A stretch of DNA of 64,000 bases, taken from Candidatus Solibacter usitatus. GTDB taxonomy: Bacteria > Acidobacteriota > Terriglobia > Bryobacterales > Bryobacteraceae. How positions within the stretch are numbered: position 1 is the first letter of the stretch; each line of letters begins with the position of its first letter. Below, piece after piece: positions 9,476 to 18,993 of the stretch. The translations under genes and the position numbers were made by a program. The stretch is taken from the NCBI GenBank assembly GCA_016191645.1, contig JACPVQ010000044.1, positions 1,371 through 65,370 of the forward strand, read 5' to 3'. Below the pieces are notes generated by a model. The model searched no databases. It saw nothing but the letters and a program-made list of their open reading frames with translations, and was not told the origin of the DNA.

Positions 9476-10960
9476 ATGAAAGATGTACGTACGCGGTTTG
9501 CTCCCAGCCCAACGGGCCTCCTGCACATTGGAGGTGTCCGCACGGCGCTGTTTGAAATTCTGATGGCGCACCGCCATGGCGGACAGGCGCTGTTGCGCAT
9601 CGACGACACGGACCGGGAGCGGTTGGTTCCCGGGGCGATCAAGTCGCTGATCGAGGATTTGCGCTGGGTGGGCCTGCATTTCGACGAGGGCCCATCGGAT
9701 GAAGAGATCGCCAAGGCGGACAGCGCCCCGACGCCCGGCACGGGCATCGGCGGGCCGATGGCGCCGTATGTGCAAAGCCTTCGCGCGGCTCGTTATGTTG
9801 CGGTGTCCGAAGATCTGATCCGCACGGGATTCGCCTATCGATGCGACTGCACGCCGGAGCGTTTGCAGCAGGAGCGCGAGGAACAAACCGCGCGCAAAGA
9901 GATGGTCGGCTATTCCGGCTATTGCCGCGAGCGCAATGTTTCCGCCGCCGCGCCGCACGTTGTGCGGTTCAAGATTCCCGCAAACCGGCCGATCGTTTTG
10001 GCCGACGCGGTAAAAGGCGAAGTGCGTTGGGAGAAGATCATCCTGCGCGACCCCGTGCTGCTGAAGAGCGACAAGTTCCCCACCTACCATTTGGCAACCG
10101 TGGTGGACGATCACGATTTCAGAATCTCGCACGTGTTACGCGCCGACGAGTGGCTGTCCACCGCGCCTTTGCATCTGCTGCTCTTCGAGGCGCTGGGCTG
10201 GGAAGCGCCCGTGTTTGCGCACCTTCCGCCGGTGCTGGGAACGGACGGAAAGAAGTTGTCGAAACGCCACGGCGCCACGTTCCTGAGTTCGTTCCGCGAA
10301 GCCGGCTATTTGCCGGAAGCGATTCTCAATTTCATGGCGTTGATTGGCTGGTCGGCGGGAGAGGGCGAAGAAAATGAAATCTTTTCTTTGCAGGATCTGA
10401 CTCGCCGCTTCTCGCTGGAGCGTGTCAACAATGCGGGCGGCGTTTTTTCCTACGAGAAATTGAAGTGGATGAATGGCGTCTACATCCGCGGCTTGCAACC
10501 GTCCGATCTGGCAGCACGGCTGCGTCCATTCCTTGTGGCGGCGGGGCTCGACGTGCAGGACGAGAAACTGGCGCGAATCGTACCGCATATTCAGCCGCGG
10601 CTCGAACTGTTGCCGGACGCGGTTCCGCTGATCGACTTTCTTTTCCGGGATGCGATTGAGCGCGATATGCCATCGATGCTCAAGAAAGGGATGGAAGCGC
10701 CGAAGGCTCGCGAGATCTGCGGGCAGATCGCCAATTCGCTTGCCGCGCTCGAAACTTTCGATACAGCGTCGATTGAAGCCGCCCTGCGCCGCGTGGCGGA
10801 GGAATCCGGTGTTGCCGGCGGTCCCGTGTTTACCGTGGCTCGCATCGCCATCACCGGGAAGAAGGTAACTCCGCCGCTGTTTGAATCGATCTTCGCGCTT
10901 GGCAAGGGTCAGTCCGTTCTCAGGCTGCGCGAGACCGCGGAACTGCTGGCAACGCAGTAA
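9476..10960 (+). CDS. gltX: Glutamate--tRNA ligase
   Basis: RFAPSPTGLLHIGGVRTAL (HIGH motif) and KLSKRHG (KMSKS motif). 494 aa. Confidence 0.95.
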   Translation: MKDVRTRFAPSPTGLLHIGGVRTALFEILMAHRHGGQALLRIDDTDRERLVPGAIKSLIEDLRWVGLHFDEGPSDEEIAKADSAPTPGTGIGGPMAPYVQSLRAARYVAVSEDLIRTGFAYRCDCTPERLQQEREEQTARKEMVGYSGYCRERNVSAAAPHVVRFKIPANRPIVLADAVKGEVRWEKIILRDPVLLKSDKFPTYHLATVVDDHDFRISHVLRADEWLSTAPLHLLLFEALGWEAPVFAHLPPVLGTDGKKLSKRHGATFLSSFREAGYLPEAILNFMALIGWSAGEGEENEIFSLQDLTRRFSLERVNNAGGVFSYEKLKWMNGVYIRGLQPSDLAARLRPFLVAAGLDVQDEKLARIVPHIQPRLELLPDAVPLIDFLFRDAIERDMPSMLKKGMEAPKAREICGQIANSLAALETFDTASIEAALRRVAEESGVAGGPVFTVARIAITGKKVTPPLFESIFALGKGQSVLRLRETAELLATQ

Positions 10961-10963
10961 GTT

Positions 10964-12667
10964 TCAGCGCGCGCCCTTTTTCTCAATCTTCGCCCAGGTG
11001 TCCTTCAACGACACCGTCCGGTTGAACACAAGCTTTTCCGGCGAGGAGTCTTTGTCGACGCAGAAATATCCCACTCGCTCGAACTGATAACGGCTTCCGG
11101 GGGCGGCGGTTTTGACGCTTGGCTCGATCTTCACGGCGCTCCGTACTTCGAGCGAATTGGGATTGAGCGTCGCGGTGAAATCCTGATCCTCTGTTTCTTC
11201 CGCGGAATCTTCGGACCGGAACAGGTTCTCGTAAAGCCGCGCCTCAACATCCATGGCATGTGCCGCCGATACCCAATGGATGGTCGATTTCACTTTGCGG
11301 CCGTCGGGCGAATTTCCGCCCTTGGAGGCCGGATCGTAGCTGCAATGAATCTCTACGATCTCGCCCGTTGTCTCCTCCTTCACCACGCCGGTGCACGTGA
11401 CAAAGTACGCGTATCGCAAGCGCACCTCGCGTCCCGGAGAGAGCCGGTAATACTGCTTCGGAGGATCTTCGCGGAAGTCCTCGCGCTCAATGTAGAGCAC
11501 CTTTGAGAACGGAACTTTCCTCGTGCCCATGGAAGCATCTTCGGGATTGTTGACGGCGTCCATCTCTTCCACAAGCTCGTCGGGATAGTTGTCGATCACA
11601 ACCTTAACCGGATCGAGAACCGCCATCACGCGGGCCGCGCGCCTGTTGAGATCCTCGCGCAGACAATGCTCCAGCAGCGAGTACTCGATCATTCCGTTCG
11701 TTTTCGATACACCGATGGTTCCGCAGAACTGCCGGATGCCTTCCGGAGTGTAGCCGCGACGCCGCAGTCCGGAAAGAGTTGGCATGCGCGGATCGTCCCA
11801 GCCCGAAACGATTCCCTTCTGCACCAGCAGCAACAATTTGCGTTTGCTCAGCACGGTGTCCGTCAAGTTGAGCCGGTCGAATTCGATTTGCTGGGGATGG
11901 TGAATGCCCAGGTTCTCCACATACCAATCGTAAAGCGGGCGATGGTCCTCGAACTCCAACGTACAAATGGAATGCGTAATGCCTTCGATGGAATCGCTTT
12001 CGCCGTGCGTGAAATCGTACATCGGATAGATGCACCATGTGCCGCCCGTACGGTGATGGTCGGCGTGCAGAATGCGGTACATCACGGGGTCGCGCATATT
12101 GAAGTTAGGCGACCCCATGTCGATTTTCGAACGCAGCGTGCGCGAACCGTCGGGAAACTCGCCCGCGCGCATTCGTTGGAACAAATCGAGATTCTCCTCC
12201 GCCGGGCGGTTGCGATAGGGACTCTCTTTGCCGGGTTCCGAAGGCGTTCCCCGATGCTGCCGGACCTGCTCGGCAGTGAGGTCGCACACGTACGCCTTGC
12301 CCGTTTTGATGAGTTGAACGGCCCATTCGTAAAGCTGACCGAAGTAGTCCGATGCATAGAACAGACGATCTTCCCAATCGAATCCCAACCAGCGGACGTC
12401 CTCGATAATCGAATCGACGTACTCCGTTTCTTCCTTCGACGGATTCGTGTCATCGAATCGCAGATTGCATTTGCCGCCGAATTCCGCCGCCAGACCGAAG
12501 TTGAGGCAGATGGATTTGGCATGGCCAATATGCAGGTATCCGTTTGGCTCGGGCGGAAATCGCGTGTGCACGCGGCCGCCGAACTTTCCCGTCCGATTAT
12601 CTTCCAGAATGATGTCGCGAATGAAATTGGAAGGCTTAACCGGCTCGTTGGAACTCTCACTGGGCAT
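10964..12667 (-). CDS. glnS: Glutamine--tRNA ligase
   Basis: [38 protein letters not shown] (HIGH) and VLSKRKL (KMSKS-like). 567 aa. Confidence 0.95.
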   Translation of the reverse strand: MPSESSNEPVKPSNFIRDIILEDNRTGKFGGRVHTRFPPEPNGYLHIGHAKSICLNFGLAAEFGGKCNLRFDDTNPSKEETEYVDSIIEDVRWLGFDWEDRLFYASDYFGQLYEWAVQLIKTGKAYVCDLTAEQVRQHRGTPSEPGKESPYRNRPAEENLDLFQRMRAGEFPDGSRTLRSKIDMGSPNFNMRDPVMYRILHADHHRTGGTWCIYPMYDFTHGESDSIEGITHSICTLEFEDHRPLYDWYVENLGIHHPQQIEFDRLNLTDTVLSKRKLLLLVQKGIVSGWDDPRMPTLSGLRRRGYTPEGIRQFCGTIGVSKTNGMIEYSLLEHCLREDLNRRAARVMAVLDPVKVVIDNYPDELVEEMDAVNNPEDASMGTRKVPFSKVLYIEREDFREDPPKQYYRLSPGREVRLRYAYFVTCTGVVKEETTGEIVEIHCSYDPASKGGNSPDGRKVKSTIHWVSAAHAMDVEARLYENLFRSEDSAEETEDQDFTATLNPNSLEVRSAVKIEPSVKTAAPGSRYQFERVGYFCVDKDSSPEKLVFNRTVSLKDTWAKIEKKGAR

Positions 12668-12736
12668 AAGTTCCAGTATAGCGGCGCGGCGTGAGCCGAT
12701 CCCAAGAAGACGCGTCTATTGGTTCAGTGGCTGCGA

Positions 12737-12973
12737 TCAATTTCTCGAATCGCCATATGCTTCACTCGAATTCATCACGACGCCGTCCAGAACCAATAGC
12801 TCATCATCCGAGAAGCCGGAAAAAGCTCGCCGATATCCTGCCAGCACCTCATTGCTCCGCTCCATCACCAACTGAGAACGTAGTCCCTCCGCTAAGGCCT
12901 CGGAAACGACGGTGCTGAGAGTCAACTTACGCGATTGGGAGATGCGCTTGGCCTGACGGACTCTCAACCCCAT
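12737..12973 (-). CDS. Small RHH-like protein (78 aa), putative orphan antitoxin or regulator
   Basis: This is the C-terminal 78 aa of ORF 12737..13171. Its ATG shares the A of the murB TGA (TGATG). KLTLSTVVSEALAEGL looks like an RHH strand-helix. Third-position GC is visibly lower than in neighbouring genes. Weakly supported. Confidence 0.4.
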   Translation of the reverse strand: MGLRVRQAKRISQSRKLTLSTVVSEALAEGLRSQLVMERSNEVLAGYRRAFSGFSDDELLVLDGVVMNSSEAYGDSRN

Positions 12974-13932
12974 CAGAATCCCGCGTACTGCACTTCCTCT
13001 TCCAGGCTGAATCCGAAGCGGGCTTCCACTCGCGACTTCAAATCGTCGATCACCGCGCGCAGATCGGCGGCCGTTCCAGCGCCGTCGTTGTAGATGAGGT
13101 TTGCATGGTAAGCGGCAACCTGGATATCCCCGCGGCGCATCCCCTTGGCCCCCACCTGTTCCAGAATCCACGCCGCCGGCAGTTTGCCTTCCTTTACCAA
13201 GCCCCGCGGAACCGTATCCCGCACTGCCTGGGGCAACTCCGTCAGAATCAGGTTTTTGAAGATGCTCCCTGCGCAGCGCATCGACGGCGGATACTTCGCG
13301 TCTCGAATGGCGCGAATCTCATCGGCTTTGCGCCGCAGTTCCACCGCCTCACTTTGCGGCAAACGCAATTCCGCGGACAGCAGAATCCAATCTTTATGCT
13401 TCTTGAACACGCTCTCGCGATAAGCGAACCCGCATTCGCCGTTGTTGAATTCACGCACCGAGACGCCGGTGGTGAAACGCACCGCATGGACAAACTCGTG
13501 GATGGAGTGGCCATACGCGCCCGCATTTCCGTAAATGGCTGCGCCCACCCAACCGGGGATGCCGGTCATTGTATGCAGCCCCGCAAATCCGCGCGCGATG
13601 CTTTGGTCCACCACGTCTTGCAACACCGCTCCCGCCTCGATACACAACCCGCCTTCGCAGGCGCGAATGCCGCTTGCCGTATAACGCAACACCACGCCAT
13701 CGAAGCCCGCGTCGGCCACAATGAGATTGCTGCCTTGACCGATCACCATCCAATTCATGCCGCTTTGCTGGGCTGCCCGCAGGGCATCGCAGAACTCGGA
13801 TTGGTGTGATGTCTCCACGAACACCGCGGCCGGGCCGCCGATACCGAACCTCGTATACTGGCTCAAAGGGACGTTTTGTTGGACGTGGAGTCCGGCGGGG
13901 AAGAAGTCGAGCGCCGGTTTCGCAGCGGGCAT
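12973..13932 (-). CDS. murB: UDP-N-acetylenolpyruvoylglucosamine reductase
   Basis: FAD-binding region YTRFGIGGPAAVFVE...GQGSNLIVADAGFDGVVL, plus a MurB C-terminal domain. I chose ATG 13932 as the start. The ORF-track start at 13971 would overlap the divergent gene at 13959. Confidence 0.9.
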   Translation of the reverse strand: MPAAKPALDFFPAGLHVQQNVPLSQYTRFGIGGPAAVFVETSHQSEFCDALRAAQQSGMNWMVIGQGSNLIVADAGFDGVVLRYTASGIRACEGGLCIEAGAVLQDVVDQSIARGFAGLHTMTGIPGWVGAAIYGNAGAYGHSIHEFVHAVRFTTGVSVREFNNGECGFAYRESVFKKHKDWILLSAELRLPQSEAVELRRKADEIRAIRDAKYPPSMRCAGSIFKNLILTELPQAVRDTVPRGLVKEGKLPAAWILEQVGAKGMRRGDIQVAAYHANLIYNDGAGTAADLRAVIDDLKSRVEARFGFSLEEEVQYAGF

Positions 13933-13958
13933 TACTTCGATTATAGGAGGTTTCCATT

Positions 13959-14672
13959 TTGAGTCACTCATTCGCCGGCATTCCCAAAGAGGGGATGGCG
14001 TTCTTACGCGCGCTCAAGAAAAACAACAATCGCGAATGGTTTCAGCCGCGCAAGGAGATCTTCGAACGCTCCATGAAGGAGCCGATGGAGCAACTGGTGG
14101 AGGCGGTGAACTCCAAGCTCATCCAATTCGCGCCGCTATTTGTCACCGAGCCGAAGAAGGCCATCTATCGCATCTATCGCGACACGCGGTTCAGCAACAA
14201 CAAAATTCCTTATAAGACACACCTTGGCGCGTCGTTCACCTGCGCGGGCATGACCAAACACATCAGCGCGGGATATTACTTCGGCATCGGGCCCGAGCAG
14301 ATCGAAATCGCGGGGGGCATCTACATGCCGGGGCCGGATCAGTTTCGCGCCATCCGCGCTGAACTGTGCGAAACACACGCCGAGTTCCGGCGCATCATTA
14401 ACAACAAGGCCCTGATTAAATTGGTGGGCCCGATGTCCAGCCATCAGTTGACGCGATCCCCGAAGGGATTTTCGCCGGATCATCCCGCCGATGACCTCGT
14501 GCGCTACAAGCATTGGATCTTCTACGACACGAGGCTCGATCCGAAAATCGCTCTGACGCCGAAGATCGTGAACGAAATCGGCAAACGGTTTGAGGCGATG
14601 ACGCCTTTTATCGATTATTTGAACACGCCGCTGAAAAATATTCGCCCGGATCCGATGTTTGTCGAAAGGTAA
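13959..14672 (+). CDS. DUF2461 / TIGR02453-family protein
   Basis: FLRALKKNNNREWF...YRIYRDTRFSNNKIPYKTHLGA are the hallmark motifs of this family. TTG start. Confidence 0.8.
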   Translation: MSHSFAGIPKEGMAFLRALKKNNNREWFQPRKEIFERSMKEPMEQLVEAVNSKLIQFAPLFVTEPKKAIYRIYRDTRFSNNKIPYKTHLGASFTCAGMTKHISAGYYFGIGPEQIEIAGGIYMPGPDQFRAIRAELCETHAEFRRIINNKALIKLVGPMSSHQLTRSPKGFSPDHPADDLVRYKHWIFYDTRLDPKIALTPKIVNEIGKRFEAMTPFIDYLNTPLKNIRPDPMFVER

Positions 14673-14673
14673 T

Positions 14674-15120
14674 ATGACACGACGCGCCATCACTTCCTTA
14701 CTCCTCGCCGGCGCTGCCGAAGGCGCTGTCACGAAGAAGCAGGCCGCGGCCATCGAGGCCATCAAGAAAGCCGATCTCGATTTTGCCGCCGCCGCGCAAG
14801 CGCGCGGACTGGATGGCTGGATGTCGTACTTCGCCAAGGACGCCGTGGCGTTTCCCGCGGGGAAGCCTTTCCTCACCGGTCTCGACAAACTCCGCGAATT
14901 CTATTCCGGCATGTTTGCGACGCCTGGGTTCGGCATCTCCTGGAAGCCCGTGATTGCCGATGCCGCCGCAAGCGGCGATCTTGGATACACCATCGGAGTG
15001 GCGGAGTTCACCGTGCGCGACAAAGACGGGAATGCTGTCAAGCGTCCCGGCAAATATCTCACGGTGTGGAAGAAGCAGCCGGACGGTTCCTGGAAAGTTG
15101 CCGCCGACCTGGGGAATTAG
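14674..15120 (+). CDS. Secreted DUF4440/SnoaL-like (NTF2-fold) protein
   Basis: ATG 14674 is preceded by GAAAGG. It has a signal peptide, and the C-terminus [18 protein letters not shown] is typical of DUF4440. Confidence 0.7.
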   Translation: MTRRAITSLLLAGAAEGAVTKKQAAAIEAIKKADLDFAAAAQARGLDGWMSYFAKDAVAFPAGKPFLTGLDKLREFYSGMFATPGFGISWKPVIADAAASGDLGYTIGVAEFTVRDKDGNAVKRPGKYLTVWKKQPDGSWKVAADLGN

Positions 15121-17231
15121 TTCGCGGGAAGGGCGAAGGCTACGTAGCTGCCGCCTGAGGGCGCACCCGATTTTCCGCCGCCCGCGGCAATCACGATGAA
15201 CTGCCGTCCCTTGATCTCATACATTGCCGGCGTGGCATTCCCGGCCGCCGGAAGCGTGGTCTCCCAGAGCAGCTTCCCCGTCAACTTGTCGTAGGCATGA
15301 AACTTCTTGTCGTGATTGGTCGCGCCGATGAAGAACAATCCGCCCGCGGTCACAATTCCGCCGCCATAATTTTCGGTGCCCGTGTTCTTCATGCCCTGCG
15401 CCGCAAGCGCCGGATACTCGCCGAACGGAATCTTCCACGCCATCTCGACTTTGTCCAAATCGATGGCGTTCAAGGTTCCCCACGGCGGTTGCATCGCCGG
15501 ATAGCCGTCGGGATCGAGGAACTTGTTGTAGCCATCGACCCCGTATTGCAAATCCATGGGACCCGCAGGCTCGCGCTTTACAGCCACTTCGACGTTCTCC
15601 CCGCGCAACACGTAGCGCAAAAGGGAATTCACCGCGGCGTCGCCTAATTGTTGAAACCCAGGCATCCGCCCCGCGCCTTTGCGCAGAATCTCCGCGACCT
15701 GCGCTTCAGTGAACTTCGCCGTGAGATTGTGCAAGGAAGGGAACTGCGGCGGACTCCCCTTCAAATCTTCTCCGTGGCAACCGGTGCAGTTCCGCGCATA
15801 TAGGCGCTGACCGTTGGCAACCGCCTGCGCCGTGGCTCGCGGGACCAATCGCAACACCCACGCCATCTCGTTGGAATTGACGTAAAAGAGTCCTGTCTCC
15901 GGATCGAAGGCCGGGCCGCCCCATTCTCCGCCCCCGTCAAAACCGGGAAACACAATGGTGCCTTCCAAACTCGGCGGAGCGAAGGGTCCGTCCTTTCGCA
16001 ACTTGCGCCAGCGTTCCAGCACAATGCGATGCGCCTCGGGAGTGCGGTTGGTGATGATGTCTTCCGTAAACTGCTGCCTGGCGTAGGGTGGCGGCTTCAG
16101 CGGAATCACTTGCGTTTTTGCAGTGAGCTCCCCTTCGACGGATGATGCCGGCGCTTGCACAGTTTGCAGCGGAAAGAGCGACTCGCCGGTTTCACGATGG
16201 AATACGAAGACAAACCCCGCCTTGGTGATCTGTGCCACCGCATCAATGAACTTGCCGCTTCGGCGCACGGTTACCAGAGAAGGCGCGCTGGGAAAATCGC
16301 GATCCCAAACGTCGTGCTTGACGGCCTGAAAATGCCACACGCGCTCACCGGTCGAGGCTTTCAGGCAGAGCAGCGTATTCGCGAAAAGATTGTCGCCATG
16401 ACGGTCCGCGCCGTAGAAATCGAAGGCCGCCGATCCGGTGGGCACAAAGATAAGTCCGCGCTTTTCATCCAGCGCCATACCCGCCCAGTTGTTCGCTCCG
16501 CCCGTATGCTTCCACGTGTCCTTGGGCCAGGTGTCATAGCCGAACTCGCCGGGGCGCGGGATGGTGTGGAACGTCCAACGAATCTGTCCGCTCTTGACAT
16601 CGAAGGCGCGAATATCGCCCGGCGCGGACGGATGCGCCTCGCCCACCAGGCTGCCGAGAATCAACAGATCCTTGTACACGGTTCCCGGAGTGGTTGCGGT
16701 GATCGTGACATTCTCCAACGGCCGTCCGAAGCCTTCGCGAAGATCGATCTTGCCCTGTTTGCCGAATCCATCGTCGGGCTTGCCCGTGGAAGCGTAGAGC
16801 GAGAAGAGATTGTTCTCCGCCACAAAAAACACGCGCGATTGTGTCCCGTCGGACCAATGCGAAACACCGCGATTCCGCCGGCCTCGCGGCGCTCGACCGG
16901 GGAAGGGTTCGAAGCTCCAGAGGAGTTTCCCCGTCGCCGCGTCGAGCGCGATGACGCGCAGCTTCGGCGTGGTCGCATACATCACGCCCTCCACCACAAT
17001 GGGATTGCACTGCATCTCGGAGCCCGGGCCCGCATCGCCGGTGTCGAATGTCCAGGCCACGCGCAGTTTGTCCACATTGCCCTTGTTGATCTGTTTGAGC
17101 GAAGAGTAGTGGATGTTGTCCTTGCCTCCGCCAAAGGCAGGCCAGCCGTTTCGGCCGGACGGTGCCTTGCGCTGTTGACCCCAGACGCTGCAACAAAGAA
17201 GACTGCCGATGAGGATGAGAACTTTGGTCAT
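15117..17231 (-). CDS. PQQ-dependent quinohemoprotein dehydrogenase (beta-propeller plus C-terminal cytochrome c)
   Basis: Signal peptide [18 protein letters not shown], repeated W-containing propeller blades, and a C-terminal heme motif NCTGCHG. I placed the start at ATG 17231. The 90 aa upstream in the ORF track are read through the intergenic repeat. Confidence 0.85.
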   Translation of the reverse strand: MTKVLILIGSLLCCSVWGQQRKAPSGRNGWPAFGGGKDNIHYSSLKQINKGNVDKLRVAWTFDTGDAGPGSEMQCNPIVVEGVMYATTPKLRVIALDAATGKLLWSFEPFPGRAPRGRRNRGVSHWSDGTQSRVFFVAENNLFSLYASTGKPDDGFGKQGKIDLREGFGRPLENVTITATTPGTVYKDLLILGSLVGEAHPSAPGDIRAFDVKSGQIRWTFHTIPRPGEFGYDTWPKDTWKHTGGANNWAGMALDEKRGLIFVPTGSAAFDFYGADRHGDNLFANTLLCLKASTGERVWHFQAVKHDVWDRDFPSAPSLVTVRRSGKFIDAVAQITKAGFVFVFHRETGESLFPLQTVQAPASSVEGELTAKTQVIPLKPPPYARQQFTEDIITNRTPEAHRIVLERWRKLRKDGPFAPPSLEGTIVFPGFDGGGEWGGPAFDPETGLFYVNSNEMAWVLRLVPRATAQAVANGQRLYARNCTGCHGEDLKGSPPQFPSLHNLTAKFTEAQVAEILRKGAGRMPGFQQLGDAAVNSLLRYVLRGENVEVAVKREPAGPMDLQYGVDGYNKFLDPDGYPAMQPPWGTLNAIDLDKVEMAWKIPFGEYPALAAQGMKNTGTENYGGGIVTAGGLFFIGATNHDKKFHAYDKLTGKLLWETTLPAAGNATPAMYEIKGRQFIVIAAGGGKSGAPSGGSYVAFALPAN

Positions 17232-17333
17232 AGTGTGGAAGATCCAATTGTACATTCCTCTGAACTGCGTTATTTGACCCAATCCAAGATGGGGACTACT
17301 CTGAAACCTTCGCAACCCGCGCGAATCTGCGCT

Positions 17334-17496
17334 GTGGGGCAGGTCTCCAGACCTGCGAGCCGATCTCCAGATCGGCTCTGCCGAAAGTGCGTAAAATGCC
17401 CGCTGTTGGCCGAAGCGACCGCTTCGCGGCCGATGGCCTCTGGCGAGGCCAGACGGGATCTGGAGATCCCGTCGCAGGTCTGGAGACCTGCCCCAC
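17334..17496 (+). repeat. Multi-hairpin palindromic intergenic repeat, copy A (163 bp)
   Basis: Perfect 23-bp terminal inverted repeats: GTGGGGCAGGTCTCCAGACCTGC ... GCAGGTCTGGAGACCTGCCCCAC. Internal hairpins are GAGCCGATCTCCAGATCGGCTC, CGAAGCG-AC-CGCTTCG, GGCCTC-TGGC-GAGGCC and GGGATCTGGAGATCCC. Related copies lie at 28141 and 32585. Confidence 0.85.
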
Positions 17497-17541
17497 TTCA
17501 CTGGCAGCCGGCGTGCATGAGGATTCGATCAGGAGGTCTAC

Positions 17542-17952
17542 ATGCTTCGTTTCCTACTCTCTATTCTGTTCCTCTTTCCGGCCGCCGCTCAGGATAAGCC
17601 GAGAATCAAACAAGTTCCGCCGAGCCTGACAAGTCCCGCCTCGGGGACGGATATGTTCAAAGCCTATTGCTCGCCTTGTCACGGAATGTTCGCCAAAGGT
17701 GACGGACCCGCCGCGCCAGCCTTAAAGAAGGCCCCCGCCGACCTGACACGTCTGTCGGCGCGCAACAATGGCAGATTCCCCGCCCTGAAGGTTTACAACA
17801 TCATCGAAGGCGATCCCTCCATCCCGGCCCACGGCTCCAAGGAGATGCCTGTGTGGGGAGAGGTCTTCCGCTCCATGAGCCATAACGAGGGCGAAATCAA
17901 GATGAGGCTGAACAACCTCACCAAATACGTCGAATCCATCCAGGCCAAATAA
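17542..17952 (+). CDS. Secreted class I c-type cytochrome
   Basis: 136 aa with a signal peptide and one heme motif CSPCHG. A distal Met candidate lies in GSKEMPVWG. Confidence 0.8.
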   Translation: MLRFLLSILFLFPAAAQDKPRIKQVPPSLTSPASGTDMFKAYCSPCHGMFAKGDGPAAPALKKAPADLTRLSARNNGRFPALKVYNIIEGDPSIPAHGSKEMPVWGEVFRSMSHNEGEIKMRLNNLTKYVESIQAK

Positions 17953-18012
17953 CCACTGTCTGCATCCCTTCGCGCATCGACATGATCTAACCAGTCTGAC
18001 GGATGGGCAGAA

Positions 18013-18056
18013 TTTACAAATAGTTCTGTTGACAAACGATAATAAGTAACTATACA
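18013..18056 (+). promoter_or_regulatory. Sigma70-like promoter candidate for the small secreted protein gene
   Basis: This is an AT-rich patch in a GC-rich genome. TTGACA (18029-18034), a 16-nt spacer, then TATACA (18051-18056). An upstream TTTACA lies at 18013. The GGAAGGG Shine-Dalgarno and ATG 18078 follow. Confidence 0.3.
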
Positions 18057-18077
18057 CTGTTCATATTGGAAGGGACT

Positions 18078-18422
18078 ATGAAACGAATCATTCTTTCTCT
18101 GGCGGTTTTCGCCCTTGCTACCAGCCTGGGCGCGGCGGATCTCAAGGTGAACCTGGAAACAAACGCCGTAGTGGCGGGTAAAGACCTGAAGGCAGGCAAC
18201 TACAAACTGGAATTGGACGGCGACAAGGCGCTTCTCAAGAATGGCAAAGCCTCAGCCGAAGCGGACGTGAGGGTTGAGGAGGCCCGTGCCAAGTATGCCA
18301 AGACAACCACATGCTGCCTTTCCACCGACGGCAAACTGCATTTGAAGGAAATTCGCGTTGGCGGCACCAATACGCGGATCCTGTTCAAAGAGAAGGGTCA
18401 GGACGCCCCGGCGGGCAACTGA
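18078..18422 (+). CDS. Small secreted hypothetical protein
   Basis: MKRIILSLAVFALATSLGAA signal peptide, 114 aa from ATG 18078. The ORF track starts at TTG 18066. Confidence 0.6.
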   Translation: MKRIILSLAVFALATSLGAADLKVNLETNAVVAGKDLKAGNYKLELDGDKALLKNGKASAEADVRVEEARAKYAKTTTCCLSTDGKLHLKEIRVGGTNTRILFKEKGQDAPAGN

Positions 18423-18451
18423 ACTACCAGCCGGCAATCTTCCTGTTCAAT

Positions 18452-18489
18452 GGCGGGTTCGGCGAGAGCCGGTCCCGCCTTTTTCTTTG
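18452..18489 (+). terminator. Rho-independent terminator candidate
   Basis: GGCGGGTTCGGC-GAGA-GCCGGTCCCGCC forms a 10 bp stem with one 2-nt internal mismatch. It is followed by TTTTTCTTTG and sits 30 nt after the stop at 18422, between convergent genes. Confidence 0.55.
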
Positions 18490-18490
18490 C

Positions 18491-18973
18491 TCAGTCGGCG
18501 AATGCGATAGAACGTGGCGGTACGGAAAGTTCGGCCATTACGCGCTGCACGGTTTCGACGTAGCCGGGGACAGGATTGTAGGTGGCCAGGACCCCTTGCA
18601 GGCTCTTGCCGCGGTAGTATTTGGAATTCGCCAGCTTGTCGGCCACCAAGTAAATGGACCGGTCGATGCTTTTGAATCCGACGCGTCCGTTGGCCCAGCC
18701 GAAGATGTTGTTGCGGCGGTAGCGGCGTCCACCGCCCGATTCCACCAAAGCGATGCTCGGCAGGATTCGCCAATCGATGCGGTATTGATCCGCGGCGCGC
18801 AGGAATGAGGGCGCGAGTTTCCCTACGGGGCAGTTGTATTTCTTGAAGAACTTCTGCAATTGCGCCAGACGGGGATCCGGCTGCAAGGCTGCGGCGGGTG
18901 CGTGCGCCGCCAGCCATCCCAGAGTCAGGAATAGCCCCAAGAAGAACCCCATCGGTAGTTCCATCGGCGCCAA
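18491..18973 (-). CDS. Secreted putative peptidoglycan hydrolase (glucosaminidase/transglycosylase-like)
   Basis: Hydrophobic N-terminus. LVESGGG...NNIFGW resembles the E-S-G-x-G ... NN-l-FG motif of FlgJ-type glucosaminidase domains. The functional call is tentative. Confidence 0.55.
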   Translation of the reverse strand: MAPMELPMGFFLGLFLTLGWLAAHAPAAALQPDPRLAQLQKFFKKYNCPVGKLAPSFLRAADQYRIDWRILPSIALVESGGGRRYRRNNIFGWANGRVGFKSIDRSIYLVADKLANSKYYRGKSLQGVLATYNPVPGYVETVQRVMAELSVPPRSIAFAD

Positions 18974-18993
18974 GTGCGGAACACTTTACCCGA

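Noticed and set aside
12974-13171. The N-terminal 66 aa of ORF 12737-13171
   Set aside because: This part lies inside murB in another frame and is Gly/Arg-rich nonsense. Only the last 78 aa, which start at the murB stop, are a candidate gene.
17232-17501. A 90-aa N-terminal extension of the PQQ dehydrogenase ORF ([19 protein letters not shown]...)
   Set aside because: The extension is a read-through of repeat copy A. The same pseudo-peptide appears wherever the repeat occurs (28139 and 32543-32759). A proper signal peptide starts at ATG 17231.
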